A DNA stretch of 61,874 nucleotides, counting the filler, from a bacterium (lineage in GTDB: Bacteria > JAMORN01): assembly GCA_027063545.1 (NCBI GenBank). It is 12 parts of 12 records of this genome, joined end to end, with 100 filler letters (N's around TTAATTAATTAA, not from the genome) between each part and the next. Parts side by side here need not be neighbours in the genome. Positions count along the whole stretch, not along the records: positions 19,977 to 22,844 come from JAMORN010000309.1; positions 22,945 to 25,770 come from JAMORN010000310.1; positions 25,871 to 28,692 come from JAMORN010000311.1; positions 28,793 to 31,609 come from JAMORN010000312.1; 8 more parts are not named here. The stretch is one strand, 5' to 3'. The notes under the pieces were generated by a model that searched no databases, was not told the origin of the DNA, and was given only the letters and a program-made list of their open reading frames with translations. A program made the position numbers and the translations under genes. This document shows, one piece after another, positions 19,977 to 31,554 of this stretch. Positions within the stretch are counted from its first letter, which is position 1. The number at the start of each line of letters is the position of its first letter.

Positions 19977-20985
19977 GTTTTCAATACTAAATATTGCAAA
20001 AAGTGGTGATCATATAGTATCCTCTGCTACCCTTTATGGAGGGACATATACGTTATTTAAATATACACTTGGGAAATTGGGAATAGAAACAACTTTTGTT
20101 GATCCTGATAACATTGAAAACTTCGAAAAAGCAATCAAAGAAAATACAAAAGCGATTTATGTGGAAACCTTAGCAAATCCTAAAAATAATTTTATTGATA
20201 TAGAAAAAGTTGCTAAAATAGCTCATAAATATAAAATACCTTTAATTGTTGATAACACTGTTACAACCGCATATTTAGTTAAGCCTATTGAATGGGGTGC
20301 TGATATAGTTGTTTATTCTGCCACTAAATTTATAGGTGGACATGGAACTGCTATTGGCGGTGTTGTAATTGACTCAGGAATGTTTGATTGGGAAAACTCA
20401 GGGAAATTTCCTTGTCTCACAGAACCAGACCAATCCTATCATGGACTTATTTATACTAAAGAATTTGGAAATAGTGCTTATATTACAAAACTTAGAGTTC
20501 AATTATTAAGAGATATAGGAGCATGCCTTTCTCCTTTTAATGCTTTTCTATTTTTAATGGGGCTTGAAACCCTTCATTTAAGAATGGAAAGACACTGCGA
20601 GAATGCTTTAAAAGTAGCAAAAGCCTTAAAAGAACATCCTAAAGTGGCTTGGGTGAATTATCCGGGTCTTGAGGATCATCCTTATCATAATATTGCTAAG
20701 AAATATCTAAAAGATAAATTTGGAGCTATTTTAGGATTTGGAGTAAAAGGTGGATATGAAAGTGCTAAAAAAGTTATAGAAAATGTAAGACTTGCTTCTC
20801 ATCTTGCAAACATTGGAGATAGTAAAACATTAATAATACATCCTGCTTCAACAACACATCAGCAATTATCAAAAGAGGAAAGACTAAAAGCAGGGGTTAG
20901 TGATGATTTTATTAGACTTGTTGTTGGGATAGAGAACGTTAATGATATAATTGAAGATTTATATCAAGCCTTGGATAAAGTTTAA
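19977..20985 (+). CDS. metY: O-acetylhomoserine/O-acetylserine sulfhydrylase (5' truncated)
   Basis: [20 protein letters not shown] (PLP Lys), LANIGD, HPASTTH. Confidence 0.9.
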
Positions 20986-21014
20986 AAAATTTTAAATAAA
21001 AAAGGAGGAATAAT

Positions 21015-21278
21015 ATGCAAAAGATAACAAGACAATCTTCACTTCTTGAGGTAATACAAAACTATCCAGAAACATACGAAGTATTTATGAAGTATGGAAT
21101 TGGCTGTGTTGGATGTATGCTTGCTGCTTTTGAGACAGTTGAACAAGGTGCAATGGCTCATGGTATAGACCCTGATGCTTTGGTAAATGATTTAAATAAG
21201 GTTATTGAAAAATACTATTCAAATCAGGAAGAATCAGAAAACGCAACTGAAAATAAAGAGGATGGAGATAATAAGTAA
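21015..21278 (+). CDS. DUF1858 domain protein
   Basis: YPETYEVFMKYGIGCVGC...ETVEQGAMAHGID. Confidence 0.85.
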   Translation: MQKITRQSSLLEVIQNYPETYEVFMKYGIGCVGCMLAAFETVEQGAMAHGIDPDALVNDLNKVIEKYYSNQEESENATENKEDGDNK

Positions 21279-22353
21279 GGGAAAAACTGTAATTTTAGGG
21301 ATGTCAGGCGGCATAGATTCTACCTATGCCGCTTATCTTTTAAAAAAAGAAGGATATAATATTATTGGTATAACTTTTAAGTTATATAACGGGGCTTCAA
21401 GGTGTTGTGATGTTAAAGATGTAATGAATGCTAGAAAAGTGGCTACTCAACTTGGAATAAAACATTATATTATAGATTTAGAAGAAGAGTTTAAAAAAAA
21501 GGTTTATGAATATTTTATTAAAGAATATACCAAAGCACGAACGCCTAATCCTTGTGTTGTATGTAATGAAGAGATAAAATTTAAGTATATGTTTGAAAAA
21601 ATGATTAAATTTGGCTTTGATTTTATAAGTACAGGCCATTATGTAAGGCTTCATGACTGGGATAAAGGTATAGTATTATTAAAAAAGGCTATTGATGAAA
21701 AGAAAACACAAGAATATTTCTTAGCAAGAGTAGATCAAGAATATTTAAACAAAGCAATCTTTCCACTTGGTGAATTAAAAAAAGAGGATATAAAAAAAGA
21801 GGTTGGAAGATTAGGGTTTGAGATAAGGGAAACGGAAAGTGAAGAATTATGTTTTATTCCAGAAGGGAAAAAATATCATGAGGTTCTTATTGAGGAACTA
21901 AATAAAAGGGGGATTGATTTAAATAGATTTGGCTATAGAATGGTTTATAAAGATATAGTTTTTAAGAATAATGAGGTATTTTTTAAATATACAATTGGAC
22001 AAAGAAGAGGTTTAGGTGTGGGTTATCATAAGCCATTGTATGTGGTAAAAATTGATACAAAAAAAAGAGAAATAATTTTAGGGGATAAACAGGATATATA
22101 CTCCTCTACTTTTTATACAGTTAAGAATAAAACATTTTTAGATTTAGAAAATTTTAAGAGATTATATGTAAAAATTAGATACAACACAAAAGAGGTTGAG
22201 GTTGATAGGATAATAAAAGAAAAAAATAAATTTAAAGTTATATTAAAAAATCCAATATCAGCAATAACACCCGGACAACTTGCTGTTTTTTATAATGAAG
22301 AAAACATTGTAATAGGTTCAGGATGGATATATGAAGGTTTTGGAAAAAACTAA
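21262..22353 (+). CDS. mnmA: tRNA 2-thiouridylase MnmA (CxxC+C type)
   Basis: MSGGIDS, TPNPCVVCN, TGHY, ESEELCF, TIGQRRGL, TPGQ; ATG at 21262 preferred over ORF-track start. Confidence 0.93.
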   Translation: MEIISKGKTVILGMSGGIDSTYAAYLLKKEGYNIIGITFKLYNGASRCCDVKDVMNARKVATQLGIKHYIIDLEEEFKKKVYEYFIKEYTKARTPNPCVVCNEEIKFKYMFEKMIKFGFDFISTGHYVRLHDWDKGIVLLKKAIDEKKTQEYFLARVDQEYLNKAIFPLGELKKEDIKKEVGRLGFEIRETESEELCFIPEGKKYHEVLIEELNKRGIDLNRFGYRMVYKDIVFKNNEVFFKYTIGQRRGLGVGYHKPLYVVKIDTKKREIILGDKQDIYSSTFYTVKNKTFLDLENFKRLYVKIRYNTKEVEVDRIIKEKNKFKVILKNPISAITPGQLAVFYNEENIVIGSGWIYEGFGKN

Positions 22354-22844
22354 GGATATTGTTAATAATTTATTAAAAGAAAAATATAATATTGAAGAAA
22401 TAAAATTTCTTCTTGATTTAGATGATCCTGAAAGTATAAGATATCTCTTCTCAAAATCAGAAGAAGTTTGTGAAAGAGTTTATGGAAAAAAAATTTATGT
22501 AAGAGGAATTATTGAGTTTTCCAATTATTGTAGAAGAAATTGTTTATACTGCGGTATAAGAAGGGATAACAAAGAGTTAAAAAGGTATAGAATGAGTATT
22601 GATGAAATTATAGAAACTGCTATATACGGCTATGAACTTGGATATAAAACAATTGTACTTCAATCAGGAGAGGATTTGTATTATGATAAATATATCCCTG
22701 AAATAATAAAGAGAATAAAAGAAAAAGTTGATGTGGCAATAACATTGTCCTTAGGAGAAAGATATGAGAATACTTATAAACTATGGAAAGAGGCTGGTGC
22801 AGATAGATACTTAATGAGAATAGAAACAACAGATCCTGAACTCT
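22331..22844 (+). CDS. hydE: Radical SAM protein, HydE-like (3' truncated)
   Basis: RGIIEFSNYCRRNCLYCG, VLQSGED, AITLSLGE, GADRYLMRIET. Confidence 0.75.
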
Positions 22845-22950
22845 NNNNNNNNNNNNNNNNNNNNNNNNNNNNNNNNNNNNNNNNNNNNTTAATTAATTAA
22901 NNNNNNNNNNNNNNNNNNNNNNNNNNNNNNNNNNNNNNNNNNNNTATTTT

Positions 22951-23445
22951 TTACTCTTTAGTAATTATTATATTGTAATAAAATCTATTTTCTCTAAAAA
23001 AAGTATATAAAGATAAATCGTAAATAACAGAAATAGAGTCTAAGTAAAATTTTTTTGTTCCTTCAACCTTAATTGTATCTAAGGAATTATCGTTTATATC
23101 AACATCATAATTTTTTATCCTTAACTCTTCAACTAAATAATTAACTTTTTCGTAATTTAGTTCTGCATCCACTAAGAAGATGTAATGGTAAAAGGAAGTA
23201 GAATCATTTTTATTTAAAGAAGAAAAATCTAAATTTAAAAATATATTTTCAGATATTTTTAAAATATCATCAATAATAATATTTGCTAAAGAATCCAAAG
23301 GTTTAGAATATTTAACTTCAACTGTGTCTTTATAATTTCCAACAATAGTATTTTCTTCTTTTTCAACATAACATTTGAAAATGAAAAGAACAACGATAAA
23401 TAGGATAAAAACAATCTTTTTATTTATAGAATGATGCACCCCCAA
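22951..23445 (-). CDS. Hypothetical protein, probable lipoprotein
   Basis: KK + hydrophobic stretch + Cys; start uncertain. Confidence 0.5.
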   Translation of the reverse strand: MGVHHSINKKIVFILFIVVLFIFKCYVEKEENTIVGNYKDTVEVKYSKPLDSLANIIIDDILKISENIFLNLDFSSLNKNDSTSFYHYIFLVDAELNYEKVNYLVEELRIKNYDVDINDNSLDTIKVEGTKKFYLDSISVIYDLSLYTFFRENRFYYNIIITKE

Positions 23446-24178
23446 TTAATACCTCCAAAGTTACAAATAATTTGTAATCATCATTTTCAATGGGAATAAG
23501 ATTTATATTATCAATTTTTTTCCAATTATTTGAAAAGTAGTAAATAACACCCCCTCTTAATGCAAATCCTGTAAGAAATTTATTTATTTTGTCAGATTTC
23601 TTTTTTTTTAAAACCTCAAAGGAGAATATATTATATACACTAAATATACCAGCAATATAGTTATTGATAACTATAGAGTTAAAACTAGGCTTCTCAAAAA
23701 CATCATCAAGAGTCTGTGTTGCAATAGTATTATATGGTTGAATTACCATTGATTTTGTTCCGCCAACAATTCCAAACATAGGAAAAACTCTATATCCTTT
23801 ATATTCTAAAATTTTATATCCAACAGAAAATTCTCCGTTTCCTTCCTGATAATTTATATATAAAGAATCATTATATAAATAAATATCTGAAGTAGCAAAA
23901 CCAAAACCTGCAAGTATAAATCTATTATTTATTATCCCAATACCACCAGAAGAGAATATATTTAATTTATCATCAATCTTTGAAAATCCATATTTAACTA
24001 AAAAGCTATTTAATCCATAAAGTTCTTCTTTTTGTTTACCAAAACCAATAGCACCATATCCTTCACTAACTTTATATTCTTTATTTGCCTTCCAAAATTT
24101 TAAAGAAAATCCATAACTTATACTATAGCATAAAAATATAGATAAACTTAAGAAAAAGTATTTAATTAACCTACTCAT
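23420..24178 (-). CDS. Hypothetical exported, beta-strand-rich protein
   Basis: Signal peptide; Gly/aromatic-rich alternating segments; SD GAGG. Confidence 0.55.
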   Translation of the reverse strand: MSRLIKYFFLSLSIFLCYSISYGFSLKFWKANKEYKVSEGYGAIGFGKQKEELYGLNSFLVKYGFSKIDDKLNIFSSGGIGIINNRFILAGFGFATSDIYLYNDSLYINYQEGNGEFSVGYKILEYKGYRVFPMFGIVGGTKSMVIQPYNTIATQTLDDVFEKPSFNSIVINNYIAGIFSVYNIFSFEVLKKKKSDKINKFLTGFALRGGVIYYFSNNWKKIDNINLIPIENDDYKLFVTLEVLIGGASFYK

Positions 24179-24216
24179 GCTCTCTTACCTCCTTTATAAA
24201 ATATTAATATATTAGC

Positions 24217-25770
24217 CTACTCCAACTCCCATTCAAGTATTGAAGGATAATATCCTGTTATTCCCATAGGCGAAGCATGAACATTTTTCAATTTCTTATT
24301 AACACCAACTAAGCTTGCTCTATAAAATAAAAATGTATATGGTTGCTCCTCATGTAGTATTCTATGAACCTTATGATACATCTTTTTCCTCTCATTTATA
24401 TCAAAAGTGTGTTGTGCTTTTTCAAGAAGAGAATCAACAACAACATTCTTATATCCTACATAATTAAGTCCATGATCTACCTGAGAAGAATGAAATAACA
24501 TATATATGTCTGGATCAATACCTAAAGCCCAACCTAAAATTACAGCATCAAAATCTCTTTTATGAACCCTATCAAGAAGAGTTGCCCATTCAAGCATTTG
24601 AATATTCATAACAATTCCAATCTTCTTTAGATTCTCTTTATAAATAGTTAAAATTTTCTCAGCATTTTCGGAACCACTTGTCATTAAAATCGTAAATTCA
24701 AACTTTTTTCCATTTTTATCTAAAATTCCATCACCATTATTATCCTTCCAACCTGCTTTTTTTAAATAATATTTAGCAGAATCTAAAGAAAATTTATAAG
24801 GTTTTATTGTAGTATCATAAGCCCATGATTTAAAATAAAATGGTCCAGTACAAACCTTTGCTTTATTTAAATAAATAGATTTAGCGATCTCTTCTCTATT
24901 TAAAGCAAAAGTTAAAGCTTTTCTTACATTTTTATCCTTAAATAAATTTCTTCTTAAATTCCAACCAATATAAGAAAAACCCATGGTATAGTATTCAAGG
25001 AAATAGAATCTATTTTTTACAGAAGGATCTTTAATAAAGTTTTTCCATTTAAATGGGTCTGCAAATCCATAGATATAAATATCCCCCCTTTTAAAAGCAT
25101 TTAAAGCAGCATTATTTTCAATAATAATTTTAAATGTTATATATTTTATTTTAGGTTTTAAACCCCAATAATTTTCATTTCTAATAAGTCTTACCCTTTG
25201 ATTTGTTTCCCAAGATACAAATTTATATGGTCCGCTTCCAATAGGTTTTGAATTAGCTTCAATAGTGTTGAAATCTCCTTTTGAGTAAATATGCTTTGGT
25301 AAAATTGAAAATCCCCAAGATAAAAGTGCTGGTGCATACACTTTTTTATATTTAACTATTAAAGTAGTATCATCAACTACTATAACGGTATCTACATCCT
25401 TAAAATCTGCTCTTTTATTTTCTGCTCTTACATGTGGATCCATTATTTTATTATAAGTAAATTTAACATCCTTTGCGGTTAGTTTAACACCATCGTGAAA
25501 ATAAACATCATTTCTTAGAATGAATTTAATAACCTTACCACTGTCTTTTATTTCCCATCTTTTAGCAACCTGAGGGATAATATTAAAGTTGGAATCAACA
25601 GAAATAAGCCCATCAAATACCAAAGATATTATTTCCCCAGAATAAACATCTGTAGATATTACAGGATTTAAAGTAGGAGGATTAGCAGGAAGCCTTAAAT
25701 ATAAAACACTATCTTTAGCTGTTTTTGTAAATGAAGTTTTGTTTTCTCCTTTAGAAGAGCAGTTAAATAT
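24217..25770 (-). CDS. ABC transporter peptide-binding lipoprotein, family 5 (5' truncated)
   Basis: Frame open to contig edge (IFNCSSK...PTLNP); FHDGVKLTAKDV, PIGSGPYKF, VRKAL. Confidence 0.9.
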   Translation of the reverse strand: MFNCSSKGENKTSFTKTAKDSVLYLRLPANPPTLNPVISTDVYSGEIISLVFDGLISVDSNFNIIPQVAKRWEIKDSGKVIKFILRNDVYFHDGVKLTAKDVKFTYNKIMDPHVRAENKRADFKDVDTVIVVDDTTLIVKYKKVYAPALLSWGFSILPKHIYSKGDFNTIEANSKPIGSGPYKFVSWETNQRVRLIRNENYWGLKPKIKYITFKIIIENNAALNAFKRGDIYIYGFADPFKWKNFIKDPSVKNRFYFLEYYTMGFSYIGWNLRRNLFKDKNVRKALTFALNREEIAKSIYLNKAKVCTGPFYFKSWAYDTTIKPYKFSLDSAKYYLKKAGWKDNNGDGILDKNGKKFEFTILMTSGSENAEKILTIYKENLKKIGIVMNIQMLEWATLLDRVHKRDFDAVILGWALGIDPDIYMLFHSSQVDHGLNYVGYKNVVVDSLLEKAQHTFDINERKKMYHKVHRILHEEQPYTFLFYRASLVGVNKKLKNVHASPMGITGYYPSILEWELE

Positions 25771-25870
25771 NNNNNNNNNNNNNNNNNNNNNNNNNNNNNN
25801 NNNNNNNNNNNNNNTTAATTAATTAANNNNNNNNNNNNNNNNNNNNNNNNNNNNNNNNNNNNNNNNNNNN

Positions 25871-26619
25871 AAAAGGCAGATGAAGAAATTTTTGCTAAAA
25901 AGACATTTATTAATGCTGCTAATGGTAAAGTGAAACTCTATTCTATAAATCTATCAAGAAGGATTAAAAATTTATCTTGGTTTATTGAGGAATATAATAT
26001 TGTTGGCACACCAACATTTGTTTTATATAATGGCGAGAGTTTAAGGATAATTAGAGGATATAAGTCTAAGGAATATGTTATAGAAAAGATAGCAGAGTTT
26101 TTAAGAGATTATATGATTGTAGATTCTTTATATGCTATTATAGGTGATGAGGGGCAAAAGTTATCTAATACTAAATCTTCAGCATTTGTATTAAATTTAA
26201 ATGAGGGAAAAGAAGAAGTAAAAAAAGAAGGAGATGTAATAAAGTATTGTGATCCTAATACTGGTATGTGTTATACTCTACCAATAAATAATAAAAATTG
26301 GAGAAAAGTTAAAAAATATAAAGAAATAGAAAAATTAATAAAGAAACATAAGCCTTTTATTTTAAAGGTGTATAATGGAGAGTGTAGTGATTGTATTAAA
26401 GCAGAGGCTTTTGTTTCAAGAATAGAGAAATCTTTAAAGAAAGAAGGAAAATTACTTTATGTTTCAGATACTATAAATGAGAAAACCTACAAAAAAGTAG
26501 TTGATGAATTTGATATAGAAAAAATACCTTCATTTGTTGTATATAATGGTGAAGTAGTGAGAATTGTAGATGATTTAGATAAAATTCTAAAGTTAAAGAA
26601 GTATATTAAAAAGGATTAA
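25871..26619 (+). CDS. Thioredoxin-fold protein with two Trx-like modules (5' truncated)
   Basis: YNIVGTPTFVLY and FDIEKIPSFVVY cis-Pro motifs; CSDC. Confidence 0.6.
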
Positions 26620-26623
26620 TATT

Positions 26624-27562
26624 ATGAAATATTTATTTGGACCCGTATTATCAAGAAGATTAGGAAGAAGTTTAGGTATAGATTTAATTCCTTATAAAAC
26701 TTGTAGTTTTGATTGTGTGTATTGCGAGTGTGGGAAAACGACAAATAAGATAATAACACCTCATGAGTTTTTTCCGGTAGAAGAGATAATAGAGGAGTTG
26801 GATTCATTTTTAAAAAATAGTCCTGAAATAGATTTTATTACATTTAGTGGATCAGGTGAGCCTACTTTATATTTAAAAATAGATGAGATAATAAAATTTT
26901 TAAAAGAGAATTATCCTCAGTATAAGGTGGCACTTTTGACAAATGGGTCATTATTATATAGAGAGGATATTAGAAAAAAGATTTTAGATGTAGATGTGTG
27001 TGTGCCATCATTGGATAGTGCTACAGAAAGAGGATTTAAATTAATTGATAGACCTCATAAAAATCTTTCTATTTCTGATATTATTGAAGGGATAAAAAAG
27101 ACAAAAGAAGAACTAAAAAACGGAGAACTTTGGCTTGAAATATTTATAGTTCCCGGAATTAATGATACAAAAGAGGAACTTGAAGCTTTAAAAAGGGCTG
27201 TTGATTATATAAAGCCTAATAGGATTCAGATTAATTCTTTGGATAGACCCCCTGCTGAAGACTGGGTTAAGCCTTTATCCGAAAAAGAAAAGGAGGAAAT
27301 TTTAAAGTATTTAAAAGGGGAGATTTTAGATAGGGATATAATATATAAAAAGTATTTAAATAAAAATAAAAAACTTATACCTTTTAATACGTTAAAAGGG
27401 CTTGTTCTTGAGTCTATAAAAAGAAGACCTCAAAGCATAGAAGATTTAGCAGAAAGTTTAGAGGTTCCTCAAGAGGCAATAGAGGATGTAATAGATTTTT
27501 TGAAGGATAGGAATTTAATAGAAAAAGATTTGAATGGTTTTATCAAATATAAATCATTTTAA
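26624..27562 (+). CDS. Radical SAM protein (COG0731-like) with C-terminal wHTH
   Basis: GPVLSRRLGRSLGID, CSFDCVYC, SGSGEPTL. Confidence 0.85.
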   Translation: MKYLFGPVLSRRLGRSLGIDLIPYKTCSFDCVYCECGKTTNKIITPHEFFPVEEIIEELDSFLKNSPEIDFITFSGSGEPTLYLKIDEIIKFLKENYPQYKVALLTNGSLLYREDIRKKILDVDVCVPSLDSATERGFKLIDRPHKNLSISDIIEGIKKTKEELKNGELWLEIFIVPGINDTKEELEALKRAVDYIKPNRIQINSLDRPPAEDWVKPLSEKEKEEILKYLKGEILDRDIIYKKYLNKNKKLIPFNTLKGLVLESIKRRPQSIEDLAESLEVPQEAIEDVIDFLKDRNLIEKDLNGFIKYKSF

Positions 27563-28692
27563 TTCTAATTTTAATATTACCTCAATATGAGTTGTTCTTG
27601 GGAAGTTATCAAAAAAAGCAATATTTGTTATTTTGTATATTTTTTTTAAATTTACAAGTTCTTTTTCTAGATTTTTAGGGTTGCAAGATACATAAATTAA
27701 TTTATCTGGTCTGTATTTATATAAAAATTTAACAGTCTTTTTATGAAGACCAGGTCTTGGAGGATCAACAAGAAGAGTAAATTTTTTATTACCAATTTTT
27801 TCCTCAAAGAATTTTTTTATCTCTTTTGCATCTAAAACATAAGGGAAAACATTAATAGTATCATTAATTATTGTGTTATCAATAGCCATTTTTATATTAA
27901 ACTCATTATTATCCAGAATATATACATCCTCATAGTTTTCTGCCATATATATTCCAAAGGTTCCAATTCCGCCAAATAGATCAATAAAAACAGGATTTGA
28001 ATCATTATCTAAAAGTTTTTTAACATGTTCAAGCATCAAAACTGTCATTAAAGAGTTTGTTTGAAAAAATCCCTGAGAATGAAATTTGTATGTTATATTA
28101 TTTAATTTTTCAAATAAAAATTCTTTTCCTTTTATTACCTCAATATTTTTAGATGTACTTTGATCAGTCTTATGATAAACATATCCAACAATTACATTAT
28201 TTATTTTATTTTGATATTTTTCAGCAAATACTTTAATCTTTTCTTTAGCTATGTTTATATTAGGAGAATTTTCATTTAATATAAATGTTACAGATAAGTC
28301 TTTTGTAAAGGCTGAAGCTCTGATCGTGGCATATCTTAATGTCCCAGTTGTTTTTTCTATATCAAATACATCAAGTTCATCTTTGTACTCTTCAAACCAT
28401 TCCCATACTAAAGAAAGTGCTTCATTAATTTTTTTATGAGCAATTTTACATTCTTTTATTGGTATAACTTTATAAAATTTACCTTTTTCTCTTAATCCAG
28501 GTCCTTCTTGAGAAAAGACAAAATCCATTCTGTTTCTATAATTAAGTTGAGGTCCATCATACGATAGTATAGGATTATTTTCTACTTCAATGTTAGAATT
28601 TTTAATATATGTAAGAATTTTTTCCTTTTTTTCTTCAAATGTTATAATAGGTTTTGAACAACCACCACATTTTCCATAATAAGGACATATAT
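27554..28692 (-). CDS. RlmD/TrmA-family RNA m5U methyltransferase (5' truncated)
   Basis: Upstream frame ICPYYGKCGGC; FFQTN, VDPPRPG, YVSCNP, FPRTTHIE. Confidence 0.88.
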
Positions 28693-28792
28693 NNNNNNNN
28701 NNNNNNNNNNNNNNNNNNNNNNNNNNNNNNNNNNNNTTAATTAATTAANNNNNNNNNNNNNNNNNNNNNNNNNNNNNNNNNNNNNNNNNNNN

Positions 28793-29029
28793 CCTAATAA
28801 AAATTGGTGGTGGCATAGGACATGTACAAATAGGACTTCCAACACTTCCTAATGGGTCTGGCATTATTCCAGGAGTTGCTGTAACTCCTGCTATTCTTAA
28901 AGGAAACATACAAGCATAACATAAAGAAGTAATTGTTACAATTTGCTGAGATGGATTTGCTGCACATAAAGCTTTAGCTTTTTGAGTAAAAGAAAATAAT
29001 AAAAAAATAGAGATAATTATTTTTTTCAT
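28793..29029 (-). CDS. traU: TraU-family conjugal transfer protein, N-terminal part
   Basis: Signal peptide; LCYACMFPLRIAG and PICTCP motifs. Confidence 0.8.
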
Positions 29030-31554
29030 TCTCTTTCATCCTTAATCAATTGTTTTATGGCTTCTATATGAGTCAGTCCTTGTTCTTTATATTTTGCTAT
29101 TTTAGCTTTATCTTTAGGGTCAGTGGTTGTTACATAATAGAAAAATTTATTCATAATAAGTCTATTAGGAACTTTATACTCATCTGGAGTAATAATAAAA
29201 ATTTCTGAATATTGTCCTTTATTTGTATGAATAGATTTTAAAATATTTTCTTCTACTTCATCTAAATTAAATACACCACTCTTAATTAACATATTTATAC
29301 TTGTTTCTGTTTGTGTTAAGAAAAATTTCCAAGGACTATTAGCAATAATAACTTTACCAGCACTACTAAGTCCCCCACTTTTGGGGTCAAAAATATCATC
29401 AAATCCTTGTGTAGCAAGAATAATACTACCATCGTATTTTCTTGCTCTTCTATAAGCTTGTTCAATAAAATCATCCATTCTTGGATTTTTACCTAAAAAT
29501 CTATGTGCTTCATCAAGTATAATTTGAATTCTACTTTTTCTTTTACTTCTTGATGAATACATCATTTGGTTTATATGATAAACTAACATCATAATAATAG
29601 GGTCTCTAATATCAGGATGTTCACTCATCTCTTTAAATTCTACTGCTATAAATTCTTTTTGTATATTAAATTCATTTGGACCTTCAAAAAATTTTCCATA
29701 AATACCATCTCTACAAAATGCTCCAAGTTGAGTAGCAAAATCTTGAAACCTATTATCACTTTCTTGTCTTAATCTATCTCTAATATGGGTAATTTCCATT
29801 TTATTACCCCATTCTTCATAAATTTCAAGTAAAACTTCTTGTATTCTAGTTTTAATAAGTTTTTCTTCTTCTTCTGCCCTTTTTTCATTTTTATTACTTC
29901 CTAACATATAAATAAAGTCTGAAAAATAAAACAAATCATCTTTTAACTCTTTTATATCTTCTAAATCACTAAAAGGATTAAAACTAATTGGTCTGTCTGG
30001 ATTAAGTGCTACATATTGAGCATTAACAGCTTGACATAATCCTTCAAACGAATTATCATAATCTAATACAAAAACTCTATCACCTCTTGCATATGAATTA
30101 ACAGCTATTGTTTGTAAAAATACCGATTTTCCAGCACCTGAAGTAGCAACTACATATCCATTAAAAGATTTATTACTTGCAAATAAATCAAACATAGCAA
30201 ACTGACTTCTTCTTGTAATTAAAGGAAAATTATTACCTGAACCTTTAAAATCTGCTTCTAGTGGAGCATATTGGGCTATCTGTTTTGGAAACATACTTCT
30301 ATATTTTCTTGTAGTATCAAATAAATATTCTTCATTTATTCCCATAGGAAGACTTGCTAAAAAATTTAAATGATGAATACCAAGTGATTCAACTAACTTA
30401 ATTGCCTGATATTCTCCTCCTTTACCCCAATAAGACTTTACAATTTGTGCATTTCTCTCTGCTTCTTCAAAAGAAGAACCTGCTACTAGAATATTCAAAT
30501 CCATAGCAAATAAAGTTTCTTTACCATTCTCAATTCTATCTAATATCTCTATACTCTCATCTTGGGCTGCAGCAAATTTTCTAAAAATATCTCTTCTCCA
30601 TTGTTGAGTAGAAATAATTTGATGATTTCTTTTTACTGTATTGGTTTCAGATTTTGGTAACTTACATACTGACAAAGTTACAAAAAAATTATCTTGGAAT
30701 TGATTGATTTCTGGTCTTTTTGAAATATAATCTCCCAATTTTTCTCCAAAATCTACTATAGATGAATATGTTTGAAGAGATTGAGGAACTAAACTAATCC
30801 AAGTTTTATTATTAAACTCTATACAAGTATCTTTTACTAAAATTTTTGTATTAGGAGAAATAATTTGCCTATTTAAAGCCATATTCTCATCATAAAGTGG
30901 AATATCTCTAACTGAATGAGAGCCATTTAATAATTCATATAAAATAGGTTTTAATTTGTTTGCTTCTAATTCTTCTGGAGAAAAAGCATTACTTTCAAGT
31001 ATATTTCTTAACTGATTTTTAAAAATTTTAACTTGTTCTTTATTATCTCCTTTACAACTTATTATTAGTCTATAATTTTTAATTCTTGTATTACTCATTT
31101 TATTTATAGGTTTCTCTGTTTTTTCATAATACATTTCAGCTGTAGCATTTATCATCTCTTGTAATAATTCTTCTTCTCTAATTAAATGTTCTTTTCTCCA
31201 ATTCTCAACCATATTAACTATATTTTTGCTACCAAATAACATAAATTGTAAAAACACCCCATCTGGTAATTTTGATAAAATTTCTTCTACTGCTGTAGCT
31301 GTATTAGTTCCCATTCTAATTCTTGGAGCACATTCAAAAATAGCTCCATAGCTATTATCATTATTGATATACAATTTATTTTTATCATCATATAATCTAT
31401 ATGGTAAATAATCTCCTAATCTATATCTTTTAAAAATTGAATTAAACACATTTACAGGTAAAGAAGCAATCTCTTTTATAGGTTCTTTAATATTTTCTTT
31501 TGTAGATTTAAATATATTGATATTATCTAACAAATTATTAAAATTAAATCTCAT
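29026..31554 (-). CDS. traC: F-type T4SS ATPase TraC (VirB4 family)
   Basis: ATSGAGKS Walker A, SFNPF, IILDEAHRFL, RRARKYDGS, ATQ. Confidence 0.9.
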   Translation of the reverse strand: MRFNFNNLLDNINIFKSTKENIKEPIKEIASLPVNVFNSIFKRYRLGDYLPYRLYDDKNKLYINNDNSYGAIFECAPRIRMGTNTATAVEEILSKLPDGVFLQFMLFGSKNIVNMVENWRKEHLIREEELLQEMINATAEMYYEKTEKPINKMSNTRIKNYRLIISCKGDNKEQVKIFKNQLRNILESNAFSPEELEANKLKPILYELLNGSHSVRDIPLYDENMALNRQIISPNTKILVKDTCIEFNNKTWISLVPQSLQTYSSIVDFGEKLGDYISKRPEINQFQDNFFVTLSVCKLPKSETNTVKRNHQIISTQQWRRDIFRKFAAAQDESIEILDRIENGKETLFAMDLNILVAGSSFEEAERNAQIVKSYWGKGGEYQAIKLVESLGIHHLNFLASLPMGINEEYLFDTTRKYRSMFPKQIAQYAPLEADFKGSGNNFPLITRRSQFAMFDLFASNKSFNGYVVATSGAGKSVFLQTIAVNSYARGDRVFVLDYDNSFEGLCQAVNAQYVALNPDRPISFNPFSDLEDIKELKDDLFYFSDFIYMLGSNKNEKRAEEEEKLIKTRIQEVLLEIYEEWGNKMEITHIRDRLRQESDNRFQDFATQLGAFCRDGIYGKFFEGPNEFNIQKEFIAVEFKEMSEHPDIRDPIIMMLVYHINQMMYSSRSKRKSRIQIILDEAHRFLGKNPRMDDFIEQAYRRARKYDGSIILATQGFDDIFDPKSGGLSSAGKVIIANSPWKFFLTQTETSINMLIKSGVFNLDEVEENILKSIHTNKGQYSEIFIITPDEYKVPNRLIMNKFFYYVTTTDPKDKAKIAKYKEQGLTHIEAIKQLIKDERE

